Of a stretch of DNA of 64,000 nucleotides, positions 40,557 through 52,400 are shown in pieces. The notes beneath the pieces are model-generated. The model saw only the letters and a list, made by a program, of their open reading frames with translations, searched no databases and was not told the origin of the DNA. Within the stretch, counting starts at the first letter, position 1. Each line of letters starts with the position of its first letter. The DNA is from Zygnema circumcarinatum SAG 698-1b. Lineage: Eukaryota > Plantae > Zygnematophyceae. The stretch is from NCBI GenBank assembly GCA_037447605.1, contig CM074813.1, positions 2,418,001 to 2,482,000 of the forward strand, given 5' to 3'. The position numbers and the translations under genes are program-made.

Positions 40557-41773
40557 GCAGGTGCGTGGTTTCCTTTTGGCAGCATTTGCTTGTTTGGGGC
40601 AAAGTTTGGGGGAGACACGACTTGTGTTTTGACTATTTGAGGTGCGTGTAGTGTATGGTGTGTGTTTTAAGGAAGGTACAGGTATGAATGTTTGCCTCCA
40701 AGATATGGGGCCTAGAAATTTTGTACGCAGTGACTGATCGCAACCGCCAATGGTTGCTCTTGCAAGTTGTACATCGCCCATGAAACTTGCTCTTTTGGGT
40801 TGGAAGGATGGTCCGACAATGGAAGATCAGAAATCACAAACGGATGAAGCCTTGCAATTATGCTTGCAACTCCTTGTGTAAACAGAAACATCAACATCTT
40901 GTGGTGCAGGTTAGTTGATCTTGTGATCAGCACTCTCCCAATGGTACTACCGTCTATGTGAATGCTCGGTTCGCTGCAAATATCCTACTGTACCATACGG
41001 AGAGTGCAGTACAGTAAAATCAAAGTCCGTGTAGACCTCTGGGTAGTTCAATTGTTCGATTCGGCTGAGTAAGGTCTGCTTCCTTATTCGGTTAAAGGCT
41101 CCGTCTTTCAATAATTTAACCGTTTGTATGTGCTTTCTTGACATCAGCAAACTTGAAGTTTATGTTAAGAGTTTGGAAGAAGTTGAAACATAAAAACGGA
41201 CACTCGGTGTAGTTTCTAGCTTGTACTTTTGAAGTTGCGGCTGCGGCTTTCCCAATTATTCATCTGCCCGCTTTCAACCGCCTTCTTTCACCTTTTTCAC
41301 CTTTCACCTTTTTCAACTTTTTTTCGCTGCCGAGCCTCTGTTTCACCCTGTTGCGAAATATGGACTGGCAAGATCTGCTGTCTGAAGCACCCTCAGGGCG
41401 GTCATTGCTCTCACAAATTCTCCAATTGCAGCGTTTTAGGTGCTAGTCAGGCGAATTCCAATCTGTATAGAATCAGTGATTTACCATTTTTCAAATTAGT
41501 GAACATGTTTGGAGTTCGGACCCAATTCTAGCTCCCCATGTCCCCAAAAAGCTGTTCTTCTATCCTTTTCATTCTCCCAGATGACAAATGATAGAAACTT
41601 CAATGTCGAACATGTCTATTGTTTGAATTTTCCAAAAAATTATAATGCTTTCTTTCCTTTTTTGTTGGTCCCAAGTACTTGGGTGGCGTGGTACAATGTG
41701 CTCTGCTCTAGTGCTCTCCCTCGCATCGCTACGCGCACTCCCACAAAATCTCACCATATTGTCCTGTCCCTAG

Positions 41774-43143
41774 TAAGGATGGCCCGCGTTATAAAGTCCG
41801 ACTATATTATATACTTTACAACGGGTTTAAAAGTAGTAATATAGTACAATGTAAAACACTTTATTACATATATTATACCCACTCGTTTTGAACAATTAAC
41901 GACCGTATGACCGTACTCGTACGGTCATACGGTCGTACCATACCAAAATTAGGTCGTTGTAGCACAAGATAAGTGGGGTTAAGAGGAGACTGCTGAGCTA
42001 GTTGCAGGTGCTGTACGGCCACTCGCGCGTCCGTGCTGAAACTGATGAAGGGTTGGGTTGGTCCTGTGGGTCTGCCTGCAGCATAGAGCCAGGATCCGGG
42101 AGATTCAGAGGTACGCGCAGCGGAAGACGTAGGGATCCTGAAGATGTTCCCACCGGCGGCTGGACCCGATGCGCAAAGAGCCCTTCCTTGGGGGCTCTCC
42201 TCCCCCGTCCTCTCCTCGGCTAGTCTCTTAGCTAGGCTTCTAGTTATCATTGGTCATTGGGAGGGATGCAAGGCAGGATAGAACAAGATGGTAGCTTGGC
42301 ATAGTGACAGCAAAGGGAAATCAGGACTCAACTTAGATAAAGGTCGTATTTTGGAAAGTCACCCCAGCCAGCGGTTGGCTGGGGCTTGTCATTACAATGA
42401 AAGTATCTTCTCACTGAAATCTTTGTCTGGCTGGGCTGAATGGGACGTCTAAATGCTATCAGCAAGAAGACTCTTTCTCTATCTATGGCATGGAACTCTC
42501 TCTCTCTCTCACACTTAGCATCTGTTGCTGGGACTGAAAAGGAAGTAGAGCAGAACAAGACAACAAACCACACAGCAAATACAAATACTAAGCCCAGCAC
42601 TAAAAGACAAACTAGCATCACTGACATCCCATCTACTTAGCGCTGTCAATAGATCTTGAGCCTTCGCAGTGACAGTCCCTGATTGGTCAACTGCCCACTG
42701 AGTGGCCTGACTGACTGCGTGGAGCCTTCGGATAGGTCAACTGATGACAATCGGCGGCATTTTGCGGCGCTTCCGAGTGCGCCTAGCTGGATGGTGTGCC
42801 GTTCCGTGGGCCGCCAACACCTGGCGCCGCCTTCTCGCATTTTCCGTCGGCAACTCCTGGATTATGCCGGTCCGTGACACTGAATATGAATATGTCAAGT
42901 ACAACTGAACGGGCGCGGATCCGTCGAACGCAGCTCCGCTGTGCTACATCGTTTTGGCGTTGGCGTTGCGAAATGCGTCCGTCTGGTTAACTCTGTCTTC
43001 ACCGCATAATACCGTACAATCGTACGACAATGTGACCGTACATGTTGTAAAGGCGTTGTAAAGTATTATATAACAGCCGTTATTTAGTCGTCACAGTTAT
43101 ATAATATAATATATATTATATAGTCGTAATTAAGCCATCCCTA
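41774..43143. mobile_element. Non-autonomous hAT-type DNA transposon, 1370 bp, 8-bp TSD GTCCCTAG
   Basis: Termini TAAGGATGGC (41774-41783) and GCCATCCCTA (43134-43143). Identical GTCCCTAG at 41766-41773 and 43144-43151. Subterminal motifs CGACTATAT and ATACTTTACAACG are mirrored at both ends. Confidence 0.88.
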
Positions 43144-43431
43144 GTCCCTAGGGGCACATCCGTTCACACGTGCCAAAAAAAGGTCCGGTACCGGCGTGAA
43201 CGCGAAAGCGTGTGCATGGAAAGTCCGTCGAAGTCCCAACGGTCAAACGGCCGGTCAACGCGCCTCCTGCAGTCCTGCTCCTGCTCGGCCACTTGACTTC
43301 TTGCGCTTTTTCTTGGAAGCGGAGCGACGGGAGGCCTGTTTCAAGAGGCTGCTGCACGTGCAAGCAGGGGAGCTTTTCTGCTGTTGCTGCAGCAGGCGGA
43401 GGAGGAGGGGGAGGAGGAGGAGGAGGTCCGA

Positions 43432-46400
43432 ATGAGCGCTGCGCGGCAGCTGGAGGTGGAGCCATCCCGGCTTGAATTCCAGTGTGAGTGTTGTGGAAGG
43501 GACAGTTGTCGCTTTCTTGCGATTACTGAAGGAGTTGAGTGGGGCTTAGGCGGAGTTGTGAGTGTGACTGCAGAGGCTTATGTTTGGATGAGGATGAGCT
43601 CGATTAATGTGAATTAAGTCGGATGTGCATTTCGTTTTGCAGTTCAAGTTGGACGTGAGCTGACATGCAGACTCCAATTGAAGAACAATGGGAACAGTTC
43701 GCTTTGTGTCAAGGTGCGATTGAATAATTTTCCGTACACATGCCCCCGTCTAGAGTTGCGAGCGACTTTTTTTTCTACCTCATTTGATCATTTGCGCACA
43801 GTTTAGTTTCACTCTCCCGCATTTGTTCGTGTTTGGAATCAATAGCCACGCCCAGAGTGATCCTGTAACCTCAGCGTTGTTAGCTTCATAACCTAAAATA
43901 ATAATGAACACCCCCATTTTCTAATTCATTGATGAGTGCCCTCCAGCACACTGTCATGTTGGAAAGGTTCTGAGCATGTACAGGACAGACAGCTGAAATG
44001 TGGAAAAATCCTCGGTTCTCACATGCTTCAAAAGCATTTGATACTTGAAATCTTGTCTTTCTCGCCATTATCAGCACGTGAATTTTTTACTTTTTTTTGG
44101 CAAATCAGATTACTGCAAGTGGACGCCATCGCTATCGAATCGAGCCCTCAAACTCGATCATCACGGCAGGCGCTGGTGGAGTTGTAAACAGTGAGTCTCG
44201 TGCCTTTTTTTTCTCCTTTTAAACGTAGCAAGTAGCGATTGTCCATCCGCAACCTATTAGTAACAGACAATTCATGGACTTCTCCCTATACTGCAATTTC
44301 CTCAAACATGTAGGAAAGCCCTCTTGGGAGTAGCTGAAGCTGAAGATTTCGAGGATGGTTTACTCTACAGCTTTGAGGCAACCATACATAGAGGGAGGAC
44401 TCCATGACATTTTTGGTATTCACATTTCGATAATGCTTGCAAGTGAACAATCACCACTATGGTTTATATCCAATGGAATGTTCTCAAAGCTTGTACTGGA
44501 CCACGAGGCTTTCAATTGTGCATTAAGCGGATGCTACTTGTGAACTAATTCCTAAAGGTTCCGAAGGAGAGATGCCTTGGTGACTGTCATCTGAACACAC
44601 AATTCTGAAAAACCCTAAAATCTGTTTGCGGGTCTTCGCCTCCAGATTCCTGATTTCCTAATTGCGCCTAGACACATCTATCTTTTTAATGGAAAGTACA
44701 CGTAAACATTTGGATGCTACCAGGATTGTCGTGAATTGTTAACGCATGTTAAACAGAGCCAAAAACGCCCATTAGCCACTGCTAGCCTTTCCGTTTGTAA
44801 ATAACACAATGACTTTAGCAAATACAGCAGCTTTGAGCTTTGCACATCCTCACTCTCATCAGCTGAGAGAAATACCTCGGCTGTGTTTGGATTCAAACTT
44901 GTACAATGAAGTTTGATGATGTGTTCACGGGTTCGAGCAATAATTGTTTAGTCCATATTACTTCTTAGGCTGAATGTTATCCTTTGTTGTGCCGTTGTTT
45001 TGGGGCTTAAATCTGGTTATCTGGGTTTGTTCCTGTTTCAGTCACATGCGAAGCTCTGAAAGCAAAGCCCTCAGGCTTCTTTAACGATGCATTAATGGTT
45101 GAAAGCTATTTGGCACCGGCCGGAGCTGAAGCGGCTGATCAGGTACTGCTACTCAACCGTTTCCGGAACGAGTAACTTGCTGGAAATCAGAACTTGAGTG
45201 ACTCAAATAAAACTGCTGAATGCAGCGGAGTAGCAGCAACTTCTTTGTTACTATCTTGTATTTTTTTTCTGACTCACAGTCTCACATGTTCTGGGTTGCC
45301 GTCTACCGTACTATGTCTTGATGATCTTCTTGTCCATAATATTTGCAATGTCCAATAATCATTGCAGTCTTTGGGAAAAAACGTGAATAAGGTGAAGCTG
45401 CCAGTCATCTTCTCTGACAATCAGCAATCGCCTGTTGCTGTGAGTGCTACCACACCCTTTTTTGCGCTTCTTGTATACTTGCGAATGTCTTCGATTTCCG
45501 AATTAGTTCTCCTTATCAGGCAAAGTTCCTTTTTCCTTACCGTGAGAGTGAATCTGAGTAATTGATATGAAGCTGTGGAATGCAGCAGAGTGGCAGCAGC
45601 TACCTTGGAATATTTGGTAAGCGCTCGAGCAGCATTGGTGGTGATGAAAGCCCTCCTGTGGCAACAGTGGTAACATTTGAACTCTGCTATCACCTTTCAT
45701 ACTCTACCCTTCTCTTGCTTTAGCTTAAAGTTTTAGGGTTAAAGGCTGATCCCCAGAGCATGTTGAACGAGCTGCTTAGCCGTCTTGAACGCCATATTGT
45801 TAGCAGATGGGGTTCTATCGTTCACATTTGTTCACTCTCATTATAGTGTTCTTTATTACACGCTCTCCCTCTGTCTCCCTCCTCGCCCCGCTCCCCGTCC
45901 TACACCGTCTCCTCCCGTTCCATTTCCCTTCCCTCTCCCTTCCCCCTCTGTTCCCTCCTCCCCTTTTATCGGTGGAGCCACTTTTGCAACTTTTTTTTAC
46001 CAAAGGAGCTTTTGCTATAGGATGTTCACTGGGAAAGTGTGATGTTTTTGCATATGTGCCCGCATTCATATTGCTTAGCGACTGTATCGAATATCTGCTA
46101 ACGTGATCTGACGTACGGACGGCGTGTGGAGGGAGTAGGTTGCAGATGAAGTGGAGGCAGTGAGGGCGGGGAGAGATCGTGAGGGAAGACGAGCACAACA
46201 GCAGCAGCAAGAATTGGTAACTTGTTAGCCATGGCTTCTTCGTCCTATTCCCAGTTTTGGACTAGGAAACACATTCCACGTTATGAAGTGTACAAACATC
46301 CATCTCCACATGCTATGTAAATCTCTTTAAACGACGAGTATTCAATTTTTCACGTGAAAATGCTTTAGAGGCTATTGTAAAGCCTCTACTCTAAGCCTTA

Positions 46401-49400
46401 ACTGTTCTGCTTGTGAATCAATTGTTGAACTTAAAAGGAGGATATCGATTGATGTTGAGGGAAGTTGACCATGAAGTAGTTATGACTCAACTTGTTGTTG
46501 GGAGCAGGAAGCCATGAATGGTAGTCGGAGTGCTGAAAACGGGAGGGAGGAAGAGGGCAGCCCTTCTACCTCCTCGGGAGGGTTGGCCGAGGCAGAGAGA
46601 CAAAAGTACGAGCAAAAAATAAAGGCTCTCGTTGACGAATCCGATGCAGCTAAAGAGCGTGCGGCAGAAGTGAGTGCTTTAGAGGACCCAATTTAGGATG
46701 GGCAGCTTTAGAAGATTGGGATTTCCCGCTTGGGATGGATAAGTATCTCGTCAAAGCCATGAAAGCTTAAGGAATGGGTGAACCAACCTGCATAGAGAAG
46801 TCTCAAAGGAACGAACGGAACTGGCATTTGACTGCACACAGAGGCCTACATTTGTGTTTATCGCCATTAGTTGCTTTCTTTTTCCGATTCTTCAACACAG
46901 CATTAGAGTTTCTTCAAACGTATGTTCTTCTTAGGGGAGCTTTGCAGGCAAATAAAGTCCGGCGGAACGTGACTCAGCAGATGGCTGATCTCAAGCTGAA
47001 ATATCAGGTGTGTAACCTCACTCTGCTTGCATGCTGAAACTGAGCTAGTTTAGAGTAATGTTTTGTTGTGTCATATTGTCATTGCATGCGGTTTTATTCT
47101 CCTCATCTGAACACACGCATGTGCTCAGATGAAGAAAGCTGAATTCACTGAAACTGACAAGGTAAACTTTTATTTCCTAGGCATTGGGATTCGACTTTGA
47201 CATTGAACTGCCTTGTGCAGGAGGATAGGCGGGCTGCAGAAGAAAAGTCGCAGCTGGAGATATCAACAACAAAGAGTCAAAATATGGCGTTGACTGCACA
47301 GGTTAATTCTTGATAGATTCCAAGGACAATGTTCGAAATAGGTTGGGATTGAACTGGAAGCTGAAATATTTGTTTGCTGAAGGACTGGAGGAACTTGTGA
47401 GGCATAAAGAGGTAATAGTGTTGTTTGTGATCTTTGACGTTGTTCGGATGCAATCTCATACTTCAAATTGGCTTCATGTGGAGCAATTGCAGCTGGCAGA
47501 GATGACCACCCTCTGCTCAGAAGCAGTGAGGAGGTGTGAGACGCTGCAGGCAGAGCTGGTCCGTACTTTCCACCCCTTTTGACAGCTTATAGTTATGCCA
47601 CACTTTATGCTTCCCTTCCTACTTGCTTTGAAGTCTCGTTCTTGCTGCTCTCCCACTTTCTCGTTCTCTCTTTCCTCTAGCTTTTGCTCCGTGTCCCTAT
47701 TGCTCTATATCTCATTCGCTCTCCCTCTCCGTCCTTTCTTCCCGTACCTCATTCCTTCCCTCCATCGAACGGCTCTGATCGCCTGCAAAATGTTTTTATG
47801 TTCACACTCCCATTCGGAACATCCCCCTCTTTGAATCTATAGATACACTGCAGTTTTGGGCAGCACATGCTAAGATGTTTTTCCATTTCTCCTCTCCGCG
47901 ATGTGCCCCACAGTTACTGTTTAGAAGGATGAGCATGTCCAGGATATGAATATGGAGGGAGACTCTTGCAGGAGGAGGCCCGTTTGGAGCGCGAAGAGAC
48001 TGCAGAAGCCCTGCAAGAAAAGAACAAGGTGATGGCGCACTTGCAGGAGGCTTTGAATAAGGTATGTTTTACATTCAGAGGAGGGAATAGCTTGCTTGAG
48101 AAGGGATACTGCATGAGCACACTGCTTGAGTATTTGGGGAGAGAAACTGTTACATGCACATGCGATGCTAAAGGTAGCTTGCTATCTTGTTTTTTTATTT
48201 TTTCGTGAGTTTTGGGTGTTTTGGGTAAGGGGAGGAGAGGGATGCTTGTTGATGTTTCATCGCCCAGAGGTTTGAGTTGGCTTACCTTCTCTTGCCATTT
48301 TTTGGCGATTTGAACAGAGAGGAGTGCAGCGGGGAGTGCAGCCGGAGCACGAGGATGTTGAAACTGTGAGTTTGGCTTGGGTGATGAGAAATAGGAAGCA
48401 TTAGACATTTGGTAAAGGAGAAATTAGTGTTCCTGCTCTATCCTCGTCTTTTGTTTTCCAGCACAGTAAGACTGCCATGGAGATGCTTTCTACACTCCAC
48501 CTTAAAAGCGACCAGGACTTGGTTATCATCCTAAAGGGCTCTCAATGATAGAGATAGAAGGGATGAAGTTTTTTCGTGTTTGCTCTCTCTCTCTTCCGTC
48601 CGTAACAGTTGCGATTTCTGCTGTGGTTCTTTATCAGCTTCGCAATGAGCTGCGGGAGATGAGAGAGGCATGCTCTATTGGGCTGCAGCAGCTTGAGGAT
48701 CGCCAGCACGAGTTGGTTGGACCTCTTATCATCCCTCAGCCTGATGGGTTGAAGTTATCTTTTCATGGAACTGTCTTCTATGCCACGTTTCAGAATCAGC
48801 AAAAAAAAGGAAAAAAAGAAAGGAAAGAAAGGAGAAAGGAAGAAGAAAGGAGTCTCTGTAAACACTCTGCAAGCTGGGTGTCGGGCTCATTCAGAACTCA
48901 GCCATGGGAGTTCCATCTTGGAGCTTTATCAATGTTCTGAAACGTATATTTCACTCTTGTTTATGTCTCCCGTTGTCTCTCAGTTTCCTCCCTCATTTCT
49001 CCCTTCCCAACGCTTACACATTTCCTCAGACTCTCCTCGTCTTCTCTACTGGCCTCCCACTGTTGTCTTTCATATCCTATTCATCCACACACTAAGCATG
49101 CAATGATTCATATAAATACGTTAATAGCTATTAGATGTGACATCATGTGGGTTGGCCCCTCCCTCCCCTTCAGGAGGCTTTAAATGAGGAGAGGAGAGCA
49201 GCGGTGGAGAGCAGAGCGGAGGCGGAGAGGGAGCTTCAAGTAGTGCAGGGGAAGAAGCAAAGGCTTGAGGCAGATATGGTGGGGCTTAAGAGGGAGCTCA
49301 TGGAAAGTCAACTACTGCAGGCTCCAAAGGTAGGTAGCCCATATCTGAATAACCCTAAAACTTCTGTATGCTTTGAATATCTAGAAACAATTTTAGGGAC

Positions 49401-52400
49401 GGAGCAAGGGCTTAGAGGTAGGAAGGGAGTGGGAATGAACAGTTTCATTTGTGGAGGCTCAGAGTGTCTAACATATGCTTTTCTTTTCGTTTCGTTCCAT
49501 TTCTTTTCTTTTCTTTTGTCGACACTTGTTGTGGAACACAGGAAAATGTTCCGGAAGAGCTGCGGGAATTGCGGCTGAAGTTGCAGATGTTGCAGGCTGA
49601 GATGGAGAGAAAGGTGCGGACACGGAAGAGGGGTAGTCGGGGAGTGGATTTTAGGCATGGCTTAGAATTAGTGAAGTGATGCAGTATGGAGCATTCGAAC
49701 TAGACATTCATCTGCATGAAAATTGTATTCTTGCTTGGCATTAGTTTGAAAGGATGGGTAACTAGCCTCGGTCCCCACTCTGATATGCTCATACTTCCTT
49801 TGAATGAATGTGAGGTTTTATGCTTGCAGGAGGCACGGTATGGAGCTCTAATGCAACATCAGTTGGAGCTGAAGAAGAGGATCAGAATGCTCGAGAGAGG
49901 AGGGGTGCGATCCTTCACACAGTTGTGCATCTTGGCTAGCCAATACCTTATATTGCTGCAGAGATGCACGCATTTTCCTTCCTTGCTATCTCATCTTCCG
50001 AGTAATGACTAGTCTGACTGTCTAATGATATAAGATGATGATGTAAGAGGAAGTTGAGAAAGATGCTGACATCGTTTGGGTTCGATGGAGCAGAAGGCAG
50101 AGGGAAGCATTGCAGGGCCGGAGCTGGCAGAGGCAGAGCAGCGAATTGCAGAGCTTGAAGCGTTGGCTGCAGAGGTGACTTCTTCATGTCTTTCTTTATT
50201 CTTTACATTATTTTGTGTTTTTCTTACAGAGATACAGACCCTGCAGAAGGGATGCTTTTGCTTGAGGTACACCTTTTTTTTCCCTAGCATTTTAGGAGTG
50301 GTTTTGATCTAGTTTGACATCTCACAGTATGGTGGGAGTGCGCAGCGGGACAGAACTATTGAAGCCCTTGAAAAGGAGAAGGAGGCTCGCCTGCTTGAAA
50401 AAGGAATTCCGTCGGAAAGCAAGCATGTAGGAGGTTTCTCCGCAATGCCGCAATGTTTCGTATAGAGAAACAGTAAATTTTTTTTTTCTTTTTGTTTTGT
50501 CAGCTGGTGGAGTGAGGAAGTAAACCATGCATGGCTCATAGACATAATCCGGGTACTTCTTTCCTTCCGGTTTTCAAAGGCTGTAACACTGAAAAGGGAA
50601 GCATTGTTGGTAGTTTATTTGAACTCTTTTCTGCAGAGTGGATGCAGGCGGAGGAGGAGATGGAGGATGGGAAGGAGGATGAGATGAGAATTCTGAAGGA
50701 AGACTTGAGGGAATTTAAAGAGGAGAATGACAATCTTGTGGAGGAGGTCCTACTCCTTCAACGTGATGCTGAGCAGCTGCAGAGCTCCAATAAGAAACTG
50801 CTTGATCGCCTCGCCACTTCTACAAAGGTGATATAGAGGTATAGAGAATATCTTTTGTAGCATTTCCGTACGATCAAGTGAGAGAAATCTGCCATGATTG
50901 TAGTATGCGATTTGTCCTCTTGCAGGATTTCCTCTGTGTTTCGTAGTCAATTAAGAACTTTCACTCTTAGTGGGGATAAATGTCCTGCTGTCGTTTGGCT
51001 ATAAAACGGTTGTTTGAACCATCTCACAAATTGTGGAAGAAGTGGGACCTTTTCCAGGTGAAGGAGGAACTGGAGAGCTTTAAGCGAAAGCATGACGAGC
51101 TGTTGGCAGAGTGTGAACAGTTGAAGGAGCAGCTGGTGAGCTTGCTTGTAAGGGAGGCCAACGCTGCTTCTGCTTTGCTAGAGCAACTTTGATGGTGATC
51201 TTGAATCGATTGTTTTTGTGTTTATTTGAGTGAAAATCTTCATAGGAGGTGGAGGGTGAAAACTTGCAAAGGACACAGTCATCAGGAGAGAAGCAGAAGG
51301 AGGTGGAGGAGGTATTTGAGAGAGAGGAGCTCCAAAGGGAGATGGAGATCCTGAAGGGCCACGTGGCAGACTTGCAGAACGCCTTGGAGGAGAGTGAGGA
51401 GAGAGCAAAACAGGTCTGCTCAACTTCTTATAGTGTCACCAAAATGCCCATAAATAGAACCCTAGACACGGGCTAATGAGCATTCATATGGGTAGTCTTT
51501 TAAATATTGGAAAGCAGACTGGCAACAGGATTTGACCTCATGCATCTGCTGATGTTGCATGTTCATTTGACGCAATTTTTTTTCTTTCTTTTTTTGAGGA
51601 TAAAAGAAGGAAGGGATTGAAACTGATATGACAACTGGGTCATTTTCTTGGGGGGCCACCTTCAATGACAATCGAGATTTTTTATAAAGTCAATGAGTTA
51701 ACTTTAGCTTTAGACAACATTGGATGCAAGCATGTCTTCATACACTTCTGCTCGTCTGTAGCTTGCCAGGCAGCTTCTGAACGGCTATTTGTAATGCACT
51801 ATTAAACAATCTCAGACACTATACACAAAGTCACGTTATTCAAAAGTATGTGCATGCATCTGTAGTTCCGACACTCATGGCTGAGAAATTGAAGGAGAAA
51901 TGGTGTTTTTTTGACAGGCGAAGGATGAGCTGGAAAGCTTCAAAGAAACGTACCACGAGGTTGTGGCGGAATGTGAATATCTCAAGCAATGCTTGGTATG
52001 AACTGTGCTTTCCTACCTATCTATACCACCCTTAGTTTCCGCTTAACCTGAGCAAGTATGATGAAGGCCATTCAACTTACATACTCGCGTTCTGTGTTTG
52101 AATGGGACCCACTCAGGAGGTGGAACGGGGAAAATCGCAGAATGCAAAGCAGTCGGAAGAGCAGCTGAGGGAGTTGGAGCGCGTGAGAGAGAGTGGGAGG
52201 GAGAGAGAGAGAGAGCTCCGAAGAGAAAGAGAGGCCCTGCAATGTCGTGTTGCAGACCTTGAGGCTGCTTTGGAGAGTGGCGAAGCAAATGTGAGCAAGG
52301 TCTGATCATATATGCACAAAATCACCCACAAACCCAAATAATGATCACTAAAGACTATTGCATGCAAAGACCATTGTGAATGTTCTAAATATGGCAAAAA

